Made by a program: the position numbers and the translations under genes
The notes under the pieces: model-generated
What the model was told of the DNA's origin: nothing
Database searches by the model: none
What the model saw: only the letters and a program-made list of their open reading frames with translations
Shown: positions 13,521 to 26,000 of the stretch, one piece after another
Position numbering within the stretch: the stretch's first letter is position 1
How the letters are laid out: the number at the start of each line of letters is the position of its first letter
From: Octopus bimaculoides
Lineage: Eukaryota
Assembly (NCBI RefSeq): GCF_001194135.2
Contig: NC_068993.1
Location: 52,501,861-52,565,860 of the forward strand
Direction: 5' to 3'
Length of the DNA stretch: 64,000 nucleotides

Positions 13521-16500
13521 GTATGTATATGTATATCTACATATTTATGTATGTATATATTCATGTTTATCAATATGGTGATATTGACAAAATGCTAATA
13601 TCTTCATGTAACTAACCAGTTTAACACTCAGTGAACTTTCCCTATTCAGACAGGTTCTGAATAACTGGCTGAATGATATCTGACTAAATATTGACACAGT
13701 GTCGTATGACTGTAATTTCTGCTGCCAATATGAACAGAGGTTAATGAGTACAAGTTAAACGATTATATGTGTTGATGTCAGACAATTTTTTATCATTTAC
13801 TATTAATCCACATCAGTTTTCTTCATGTTACATCTCTATTCTTTTTTCTTTTTAATATTCTTTTTTACTTTTTGTGTTAATCTAAAGAAATGAAGCAGTA
13901 ATCATAACGTTTTTTTTTTTCTCTGGCCCTCCTAGATTTAAATACAGGGATAACTAGATAACATCTGATAGAATTAGTGTGGTTAAGGCAGCAAGCTGGC
14001 CGAAACGTTAGCATGCCAGGCGAAATGCTTAGCGGTATTTTTTGTCTGCCGCTACGTACTGAGTTCAAATTCTGCCAAGGTTGACTTTGCCTTTCGTACT
14101 TTCAGGGTCGATAAATTAAGTACCAGTTACGCACTGGGGTCAATGTAATCAACTTAACCCCTTTGTTTGTCCTTGTTTGTCTCCTCTATGTTTAGCCCCT
14201 TATGGGCAATAAAGAAATAAGAATTAGTGTGGTTGGCATTTCTTTTATTTCTTTATTGCCCACAGAGAGCTAAACATAGAGGGGACAAACAAGGACAGAC
14301 AAAGAGATTAAGTCGATTACATCGACCCCCAGTGCATAACTGGTACTTATTTGATCAATCCTGAAAGGATGAAACGCAAAGTCAACCTCGGCGGAATTTT
14401 AACTCAGAACGTAACAGCAGACAAAATACTGCTAAGCATTTTGCCCGGCATGCTAACAATTTTGCCAGCTCGCCACCCTTCATCATCATCATCATCATCG
14501 CTTAACGTCCGCTTTCCATGCTAGCATGGGTTGGATTCAGTTTTTAACTATTCCATTTAGTTATATATGAATGTGCTAGTGGCTACACATCTTTAACATT
14601 AAATCATCATCATCATCCTCGTTGTCATTGTCATCATTTTAAATCCATGCTGATATGGGATCGACAGGACACCACAGTCTGAGTTTGCACATATTCAGGT
14701 ATATAACTCACTTAGACTGAATGGGGAACTGCATCTTGCTCACAAGTTTCATTATACAGACATACTTCAAATATACAGACATACCTCAACTTACTTCAGT
14801 AATTGATTCCAAGACATGCAACTTTACTCAAAACAAACAACATAACATGGCAACATTTTTTTTTTAATTCATTAACTCATATCAAGGCACAGGCTTGGTT
14901 GTGTGGTAAGAAATATTTTGCTCAACCACATGGCTGCAAGTTCAATCCCACTGCATGGCATTTTGGACAAGTGTCTTCTACTATAGCCTCGAAGTAACCA
15001 AAGCTTTGTGAATGGATACAGTAGATTGGAAACTAAAAGAAGCCCATTGTGTATGTGTGTGTGTGTGTCCTTGTATCTGTGTTTGTCCCCCACCATCATT
15101 TGGCAACCAGTGTTAGTGTGTTTACATCCTTGTAACTTAGAGTTCAGCAAGAGAGACAGACATAATAAGTACCAGGCTTTAAAAAAATAAGTTCTGGGGT
15201 CAATTCATTCAATTAAAAATTCTTCAAGGTGGTGCCCCAGTATGGCCATAGTATAATGAGAGAAACAAGTATAAGTAAAAAAAGAATCCGTTTTAATAAA
15301 TGGTTTGTACATATTTTTCCATGTATTTTATTTGATTTTCCATTTCAGTATTGGTTTTTAGGTGGGGGTTTTTTATTTTATTTTTTTTATTTAAGCTTTT
15401 AAATATGTTTACTGAGATTGAGATAAAGTAAGATTAATTGTCTGAACTTGAGTTTTATTTTTTCATTAATTTCTTTTAAAAAAAAAAACAAAGTTGAAAA
15501 ACATGTAACTCAAAACAACCTAACTTGAAATATACCTATATATGTATAATGTATAGACACTGGTTAATATTTAGTCTGAACACAACATCATCGTCGTCAT
15601 CATCATCATCTTATGTTCAGTTTTTCATTTTGGCATGAATTGGCTAGCTCTCACAGCATGCTGTCCCATGTCATATGCTTTATCATCTGACAGATATAGC
15701 AACATAGAAAATCTTTATTGTTTTGCCTATCTTTCTGATAGGGCTTAAAGGGCATAGTTATTTTCTGTTCCCCACAACCGCCATACGGAATGGTTGTTTG
15801 TAGATACTTGAATACAGAGGAAACAGAGCATCTTTCTTTAGCCTCTTGTGGTAATGTTTTTTTTTTTCTTAAAGAAAGATTAGTGTCCAAATGTATTTCT
15901 TGTTTCTGTTATTATTGATATATTACTCTTGTCTGCTTGAAATATTACAGAACAAATATTAATTTGATTATCTTGAATGAAATTTTTCCTCTTTTTAAAT
16001 GTGTAGTATGCAGAACCCTATCGAGTATGTATGCATCATCATCCTCGTTGTTGTTTAACATCCACCTTCCATGCTGGCATGGGTTGGACAGTTTGATTGG
16101 AGCTGGCCAGGCAGAAGACTGCACCAGATTTCTCCGTCTATTTTGGCATGGGTTTTGCAGCTGGATGCCCTTCCTAGAGGCGGTGAGCTGGCAGAATCGT
16201 TAGCATGCCAGGTGAAATGCTCAGCGGTATTTTATCTGTTGTTACGTACTGAGTTCAAATTCCGTCAAGGTCATCTTTGCCTTTCATCCTTTCAGGGTTG
16301 AAAAAATTAGCACCAGTTACACACTGGGGTCAATGTAATCAACTTAATCCCTTCCCCCAAATTTGAGGTCTTGTGCTTCCAGTAGAAAGGATGCCCTTCC
16401 TAACACCACTCACCCAACATGTACATATGCATTACTGTACTTACACGCAGACTAAATATACAATGAACTATTCCTTTTTATCAGCTGTAAAAAAACACCT

Positions 16501-19500
16501 TCAGATGTTCAAATTTTCTGTTTGGAATAGCAGAATAGGTTGGCTCTAATCATTGCTATTTTTATATTGTCTTGTAAGAGCCTTGTTTTATTCATTGTGA
16601 AAGGGAATCCTGTTTTATTTTCTATTTCACTCTGTCATTGCTACTATCACCAGTCTTGATATTATAAAATATATTTAATTTGTATATCTTTGCTTTTTTT
16701 TCCCCTCATTGTTTTGTTTTTCCTTTTATAGAAAAATCTCAAAGAACTGGAAAAATTATTAAACATCAGTATCCAAACATTTCTGTGTGTCCCAGTGATA
16801 AGCAAAGCTGATGAAAGCCTTATTGCATTGGTTTGTGTTGCTAATAAGACGGACGGATCAAGGTGAGTGATTGTTAATCGGATCTAAGATTTTCATATAT
16901 TCTGCTGATAACAGTGATACTGACAATATAATGAGAATAATGTTATTGGTTATTATTGATGGTAGTCAAGGACAGCATGTGTTATGTTGAAAGTTAGAAA
17001 TATCACTTTTGAGCTTTATAACAAATTGAAAGAATTCTTTTGAGAATATTCCAGTTTAGAACTTCAAATGTTACCCATTATTTTGTCTTTCATCAATCTA
17101 AATTTATAACTTATGAATACTAAAGCCACTTATGGTCTTTTTTTCTTTTTTTATATTATGAGGGTAGTGAGTGGTGCCCATGACTTTATCACAAGGCTTC
17201 AAAGACAACTTCTGTAGTGCAGTACCACAATGATATTCCCCTAGTACATTCTGTAAAGCGATTGGCAAAGGCATTGAGCTATTAAAACCATGCCAAAAAT
17301 TGACATATTGGTGAGACATAGTTCCCAGCCATAGAGGGCAATCATCATCATCATCATCATCATCATCGTTTAACGCCCGCCTTCCATGCTAGCATGGGTT
17401 GGACGATTTGACTGAGGACTGGTGAAACCGGATGGCAACACCAGGCTCCAATCTAATTTGGCAGAGTTTCTACAGCTGGATGCCCTTCCTAACGCCAACC
17501 ACTCAGAGAGTGTAGTGGGTGCTTTTACGTGTCACCCGCACGAAAACGGCCACGCTCGAAATGGTGTCTTTTATGTGCCCCCCGCACAAGAGCCAGTCCA
17601 GGGGCACTGGCAACGATCTCGCTCGAAAACCCTACAATAACTCTGAAGAAGAATTAACTGCATAAAGAAACAGTTATAGAATTATGTGATGATGAGGATG
17701 ATGAGGATGATAGTGACAGCTCCGGCATCTGCATAGGTTTTGTCTACCAAATTCCTCTCAGAATATATTTATCAATCTGAGATCTTAATAGAAGGCACTT
17801 CCCTGAAGTACCATGCATTGGGATTGAAATCATTTGGTTGGAAATCAAATTTCTTAACCTGCAAGAATTAAGTACTGAGAAGTTTTAATTTAACTGCTAC
17901 CCCCACCATTGGGTTGCTATCTTTTAGATTTCTTTAATTCCTTAGGATTTATGATTTTGAACCAGAGAACAATATTGTTAAAATACAGTAGGCAAGATAT
18001 TAATAACAGTCCACCATAATGTCCAGTCCTTGTTGTGTTGTGGTGACTTGTGTGTCTCAGTGATCCTGAGTGCTATGCCATTGTAACACAAGGTCCTGGT
18101 AGGACTTCCTATGCAGGACAGGTCAAAGGAAAGAGGTCACACCAGTGCTGGACTAACCGTTAAGCAAAATAATCACATGCTTAGAGCATCAAGGGGAGGT
18201 GGGCACCACAGAAATGGTAAATGGTTTATAGCACAAAAGAAATCACTTTAAAATAATATTGGAAGTGATTTATATGAACAGAAATATAATTTCGAATTGC
18301 TTATGGTATCATTGTGAGGATCTGATCAAAGACTTTGCAATTAAAAAAAGGCAGGAGAAAACCATTCAATTAAGTACTGAGGTTGATATGATTGATAAAC
18401 TGTTGAAGGCAGTACTGCAGCATGGCTGCAGTCCAATGATTGAAGCCAGTAAAATAATTGCATAAACACACAAAAAAAAAGAAGAAATTCTTGTTTCCTT
18501 TTGTTTTTATATAATCAAAGAACCATCAACTTTTTCCATTCAGATTCTGCCCTGATGATGTACACATTATCAAACATTGTTTCAAATATACAGCTACAGT
18601 TCTTACAAGTACCCTAGCATACCAAAATGAGAGAAAGCTCAAAGATCAAACTAAAGTAAGTTGTATCCTTGCATGTATAATTACTTTTGAAATGGCAATT
18701 TGGAAGTCATTGTGTATTAATTTGATTCCATTTAATAGGGTGCAAATGTGATTGTGTGGTTAAGATGTTTGTTTCATAATCACATGGATTCAGGTTCAAT
18801 CCTGCTTTGGGCAAATATTTTTCACTTTAGCTTCAAGTCAACCAATACCTTGTGAGTGAATTTAGTAGATAGAAGTTGTAAAGAAGTCATTATATATATA
18901 ATACTGTGTGTATTTGTGCATACTGACTTTAACAANNNNNNNNNNNNNNNNNNNNNNNNNNNNNNNNNNNNNNNNNNNNNNNNNNNNNNNNNNNNNNNNN
19001 NNNNNNNNNNNNNNNNNNNNNNNNNNNNNNNNNNNNNNNNNNNNNNNNNNNNNNNNNNNNNNNNNNNNNNNNNNNNNNNNNNNNNNNNNNNNNNNNNNNN
19101 NNNNNNNNNNNNNNNNNNNNNNNNNNNNNNNNNNNNNNNNNNNNNNNNNNNNNNNNNNNNNNNNNNNNNNNNNNNNNNNNNNNNNNNNNNNNNNNNNNNN
19201 NNNNNNNNNNNNNNNNNNNNNNNNNNNNNNNNNNNNNNNNNNNNNNNNNNNNNNNNNNNNNNNNNNNNNNNNNNNNNNNNNNNNNNNNNNNNNNNNNNNN
19301 NNNNNNNNNNNNNNNNNNNNNNNNNNNNNNNNNNNNNNNNNNNNNNNNNNNNNNNNNNNNNNNNNNNNNNNNNNNNNNNNNNNNNNNNNNNNNNNNNNNN
19401 NNNNNNNNNNNNNNNNNNNNNNNNNNNNNNNNNNNNNNNNNNNNNNNNNNNNNNNNNNNNNNNNNNNNNNNNNNNNNNNNNNNNNNNNNNNNNNNNNNNN

Positions 19501-22500
19501 NNNNNNNNNNNNNNNNNNNNNNNNNNNNNNNNNNNNNNNNNNNNNNNNNNNNNNNNNNNNNNNNNNNNNNNNNNNNNNNNNNNNNNNNNNNNNNNNNNNN
19601 NNNNNNNNNNNNNNNNNNNNNNNNNNNNNNNNNNNNNNNNNNNNNNNNNNNNNNNTTTATAGCGCTGTTTGTTATTGGATAATAAAGATAGAATGTAGAG
19701 TTTACAAATCATTACCTTTAGGCCAACTGCCAAGAACTCTGACCATTTGGGTATTGGTCATTCAAAATATTACATTGTGGTTACAACAATAAAGAGAGAG
19801 GAATGTAATATATTGGTGAAGAAATGCCACTGTATAGATAAATCAATAGGTCAATAGGTTGCCTGCCAACCATCTAAAAGATTGATATTTCTTATCACAT
19901 TATTCATTCTTAATTCTTAATTGTTCATTTCACAGCTGTAAATAGGTCTTATTACATGTTATATCTAAATCATTATTCATTGCACTGAGATTATTACGAT
20001 TATTACCTTTAACGGCTTACTTTTTAGCTTTTTTTCTTTTTAACGAAAAATGAAAGAATGTTTGGTACAAAAGCTGAATCTAATTCTATTCATATTCATT
20101 TCATCAGGCACTGCTGCAGGTTGCTAGAAACTTGTTTACTCACTTGGGTAAGTTACAGATAAAAATTCATTTGAAATCAATAACCGTCTAATTGCTAACA
20201 CTTCTGTGACTGTATATTTAATGAAATACATTATCTTTGTGTTTCAAGTGATTTATAATATACTTGAGAATTGGGAAGGGTTTCATGAAATCAATTACTT
20301 TTTAATAATATTCAGAACATAACAAAAAATTCTAATATAAAATTGACAGCAGGTTTAATCCTTTAGCATTCAAATTCTTTCATTAAAAGCAATGCTTGTT
20401 TATTCACATTGTTTTGAATAAATCATGCATTATCTCGTAGCTTTGAGATTTTGATTAGCTAACAGTTAATCTTTTTAATGATATTGTACGGTTGTTGGAG
20501 TGGGGGCCAGACTCGGCCAGTTTGAGTATAAAACATAAAATATATTGACTGGATATGGCTGGCTTCAATGCTCAAGTGTTAAACTTAAATATAATGCTTT
20601 AAAACAGGTGATTTTTGTATGACAGAGCCAGGGCTAGTCTCTTACAGGTTAACATCAAAATGTTTTTTCAGTAACTTCTATGAATCTTACTAAATTACTT
20701 TTATGTTAATCATTAAATATTTATGATGCAACTACCTCAGTCTCAGGTGCCCATTAGTTTGCAGTCATCCGCTATATGTGCTTTATAAATTCGGTTTGAA
20801 ATGAGAAAATATGTAAATTACTGAAAAGATTCAAATTATTATCACATAACAGAATAATCTATGCATTTATTTTAATCTTATTTACAATTATTAATTTATT
20901 TACATTTCTCTAACCCACAGAGAGTTTCTTTAGCTCTGTAGATGATTCAGATGTTTATATTGACCATTTAAACAATATTTTACAAATTCTTGGCTTGTTT
21001 TCTCTAAGATAAATTAAATGATGAAAATAAAAGTGTGTATAGTTTAAAGACACAATGTTATATCTTAGAAATTAATGTGTACAGTTAGTCACTTGGAACT
21101 ATCCTTTTACAGTTGATACTGAAGTTTCTCAAAATCAGCTTGAGGATAAAAGTACACAGTTTCTAGGGGATTCTTGGTGTAGTTCAATTGTATTGATTTT
21201 TACTACTATAACTTTACTTCACCTATCAAATATTTGTTTCTTTTATTTTTTTGTCAGGAGGAAAGGTTGTTTCCATGATATGTTTCAGGGTTTTTGAGAC
21301 TGATAGGAGGGAGTAAGAGAGGTATTCTCAAAGCAGACCCCAATAAGGTGGGGTTGTTATGTCATGGTTAAGTCTCCCACACAAGAAGGCCATGGCAGGA
21401 TTTGAAATCAGAATGCAAAGAACCAGAACAAATACATCAAGGCATTTGGTTTGCTCATTCTTACAGTTTTGCCAAGCCTTGCATTGGTACTTTTTTCATC
21501 AACCTTGCAAGGATGTAAGATAAAGTTGGGCTCTGCACAATTTGAACTCAGTGCACTAATAGTTGGAGCAAAGCATTTTGTTTGATGCTCTAACTACTCT
21601 GTCAAATCCAGAACTTATACCCATTATTGTAGGGTTCCTAATTCCTAATTCCAGTGGAGGTGCAATGGCCCAGTGGTTAGGGCAGTGAACTCACGGCTGG
21701 AGGATCGCAGTTTCGATTCCCAGACCAGGTGTTGTGTGTTTATTGAGTGAAAACACTTAGAGCTCCACAAGGCTCCAGCAGGGGGTGGTGGCAACCCCTG
21801 TTGTACTTTTTCGCCCCAACTTTCTCTCATTCTTTCTTCCTGTTTCTTGAGTAATGCTGCGACGGACTGGCGTCCCGTCCAGCTGGGAGGGGGGGACACA
21901 TACGCCATAGAAACCGGGAAACTGGGCCCATGAGCCTGGCTAGGCTTTAAAAAGGTGCATAATAAAAAAAAAATAATAATAATTCCAGTAAAGGTCAAGA
22001 CTACACCTGGAAATTAAGATGACCAAAGCAAATGCTATATAAAAAATGGTTGAAATTGCTCAGATGTAAAGAGCACGCATTTACAGATAGACTTCTTGAC
22101 AGATTTACACACACACACGTGCACACGCACACGTAGTTGTATGGTCTACGTATGCAAAGTGACCAGAATTGTATATGACTGGTTCAGAAGCACACCACTA
22201 GCTGTGATATGATATGAACTAAGAATTATGTTGTTAGTTGTTCAGCACTTCAACCTCAAGGTCATTACAGATCATTAAATTATAGGAACCTTTAGTTCGT
22301 TACTCTTAAAATATTCATTATGATTATACTATTTCCATATATTCAGAAAAATCAAATTTCCTTAATGAGATCCACTCCCTTCTAGGCACCATCAGAATTT
22401 CAAACTTTCTCAGAAGCAGTTCTTTGATGGAATTGTTCCATAATGAAACCTTAGTGCTGAAAAAATTATCCACTCTAGCTTTCTTCTTCGTTAATTAATC

Positions 22501-23014
22501 AAATCATTATTTTAGACAGTCACCAATAAATTCATCTAAAATAATATACATGAAATGGTATTCTGGAATCAGTTTCCATTGTTGAGTTGAAGGCTTTTAC
22601 TTTCTTCTCTTAGCATCTGTCACACATCATTAATTGGGTAATTATACAGAGTAACAAAGATAATATTATAGCCCCATTTTAGTTGCTTCTGTTTTTCTCA
22701 TCTGGTTCTAATGGATGCCTGTTTACTTTGAAGAAACATGTTTCAAATAACACTTCTTTTTCTATCATTACCATTTTTCCAGATGATTTAACCAAATTGT
22801 TAAGAGAGATCATGCAAGAAGCAAGAAACTTAACCCAAGCAGAAAGGTGAGGAAGACAGCCATATTTGGTGGGGAAAGATGCTTCTTTTTGTTCTATTTT
22901 ATAATGTTATCAATGTTCTTATTGTTGTCTGGCATGGTTAATAATTTATTGATTGTGTTACTGTGTGGCACATACACACACACACACATATGCATATTAA
23001 TATATTTAATATAC

Positions 23015-23068
<54 letters not shown>

Positions 23069-26000
23069 TACATATGCTATATACATATGTGTGTCTGTAT
23101 ATATATTGATGCAGGCACACTAGTGAACAATGTTTTAATAAAATTCTCTCTAAGTCATGCTTCAACAAGCAGACCAATTAATGAAGTCAAATGAAATTTT
23201 CTGGGATTTCCATTTCCAAGTAGTCTGACTAATGGCTATAATTCCAGTCCAAATAATTTCTTTGCAATGAACATTGTAGTTACTGGTCATAGGTAATATC
23301 ATGAGAAAGTTAACTAGTAACAAATTGTAATGGTGTGATTCTGCATGGCTGTGTGGTTAAGAAGTTTGGTTCCCAGCAATATGGTTTCAGGTTCACTCCC
23401 ACTGCTTGTCACTTTAGGCAAGTCTTTTCTGCTATAGCTCTTGACTGACCAAAGATTTGTGAGTGGATTTGGTGAATGGAAACTGAAAGAAGTCTACTGT
23501 AAGCCATCGTTGTCATCATCATTTGGGTTGAACTGTTCAACTAAAGCAGACAAGCCAGAGGACTGCACCAAGGTCCACTACCTGCTTTGGCATGGTTTCT
23601 TCAGCTGGATGCCTTTCCAAGTGCCAACCACTTTACAGAGTGAACTGGATGATTTTTGCATGGTATCAACACCAGGCTAATGTAGAAATCACTTTGGTCA
23701 GCTGAAGACTATATTAGAAGTTACTTTGGTCAGCCCAAGGCTATAATAGAAGTCACTTACCCAAAGTATAACTTGGTATGACTGGAATTTTATATTGATG
23801 TGTGTGTGTGTAGTAGTAGTAGTAGTAGTAGTAGTAATGTTATGAGATTATATAAAAAGTAAAGACTCCCTTTGGCCATGAATGACCATGGGATTGCAAC
23901 TAGTAAGTTACCCTCCAAGGAACTTGTGTGGACAAGGTTGTTTATGGAAGACCAGCAGTCACCCATACTTACCAGCCACCAATGTTGTCCAAGGGAAAGG
24001 CCAAGGCTGATAGAGCTTGGAACCAGTGACGTTGCAACTCATTTCTACAGCTGAGTGAACTGGAGCAACGTGAAATAAAGTTTCTTGCTGAAGAACACAA
24101 CACACAGCCTGGTCTGGGAATCGAACTCGCTACCTCATGATTGTGATCCTGATGCTCTAACCACTGAGCCATGCGCTTTCATATGAGATTATGTAATATA
24201 GCGAATAATGCCTTGCAAGGCCCAAATTACATCAGTTCAAAGTTTTGAGGGAAATATTAAGTATTCTCAGTGATACAGCCTATTTATAATGTTTGTGTTT
24301 TATTGTTTTATTACAGGTGTTCAGTGTTTTTGATTGATACTGAAACTGAAGAGTTGGTCGCCAAAGTATTTGATGGGATTACCACTGATAACAACGAGGT
24401 GAGAGCTTTATCAATGCATATCAATACATTATTTACTTCTTTAGTGATGATAACACAACTAGAAACTTCCTTATTGACATCACCTTCTTTCTTGGTTCTT
24501 TGTAACAAGGACATCCAGCCTTAAAAAAACAGTTTCTCCAAGAAATGGACTATCCCATTCCATCTCATGCAAACGAGGAAAAAATGTGTTTATGCATGTG
24601 TGTGCAATAGTATTTAGAATGAGTACCATCTGGCTTTAAATATGGTTTGGTGATGCTTTTGGGAGATCTGTAATTCATTGATTTGTTTATGGGCACCTTA
24701 AGCAACCGCCTTTTACTATAGCTGCAGGCCAACAAAAGCCTTCTGAGTGGACTTGCTCAATCAAAACTGAAAGAAGCCTGTCGTGTATGTATATATACAT
24801 GTGTGTGTGTCTGTGTTTGCCCCCCATCTCCCATCACCACCATCATTCTTGACAACCAATGTTGGTGTGTTTACATCCCTGTAACTTAGCAGTTTGGCAA
24901 AAGAGACCAATAGAATAAGTACTAGGCTTACAAAGAATAAGTCCTGGGGGTTGATTTCTTTGACTAAAAATCCTTTAAGGTGGTGCTCCAGCATGACCGC
25001 AGTCAAATGACTGAAACAAGTAAAAGAGTAAGGCATAAAAGACTTTCACCAACTCAATATTTTATAGTTGCAAGACAGTGAGCTGGCACAATTGCTAACG
25101 CCCCAAACAAAATGCTTAGCGGCATTTCTTCCGTCTTTACGTTCTGAGTTCACATTCCACCGAGGTCGACTTTGCCTTTTATTCTTTCAGGGTCAATAAA
25201 ATAAATGTCAGTTGAGTACTGAAATTTTGGGCTTTATGCCAAAATTTGAAATCAATATTTTATAGTCCATTTTGTCTGTCAATTGATGCAAAACATTACT
25301 GTTAATGTAGCCTCTGGTTATGTCATTATTCTTGAACCTACACCTGCTTATGTTAAAATAAATCTTGTTGCTATCATCATCATCATCATCATCATTATCA
25401 TTGCCACTGCCTTCATCATCGTAATCATCTTTACTTTTTTCTTTTTGCTATTGCAACAGCTGTACTACTTCTTTGGTTTCTATTAACAATACCGGATTTT
25501 TTTTTGATTTTTCGTATATTTCAGGCAATTTTTGTACTAACAATACATTTCTGTTTCATTTCTAGCCACAATCAGAGATTCGATTCCCACGGTCACATGG
25601 TATTGCTGGTCATGTAGCAACTAAAGGTAAATAATTCTTCACTTATAGTAGTTAAATGCTCTGAGGAAATTACATTTGGTTTTAAAATCAATATTGTGTG
25701 TTCTGTAGGTAAATATCATTATATGTATAATAATATATGCCATAAGTTTTTTTTTTTTTATATATTTTGTGTGTGTATACACTTGTTCATCTAACATATA
25801 TATATGTACATGTGTGTGTGTCTCCCTCTCCCAGTCTCTCTCGCCCTGTCTCTCTTTCTCTCTTTAGACCATTAATTCTTAGAGTTCCCCAAATTTTACC
25901 AGAGAAGAATATTAGTTTTTACTCGTATTTTTTTCATGCATATATATTAATTCATTTTTCTCTATTGTGTATATCCAAATGTGTGTGTGTGTGTGTGTAT

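Noticed and set aside
17422-17640. Duplicated [14 protein letters not shown]... (also 41282)
   Set aside because: It is the antisense reading of a family D retroposon 3' UTR, not a gene family.
21656-21730. tRNA-like A/B box regions (also 24110-24180 and 26337-26410)
   Set aside because: These are SINE heads with no complete cloverleaf, continuing into SINE core and tail; they are not tRNA genes.
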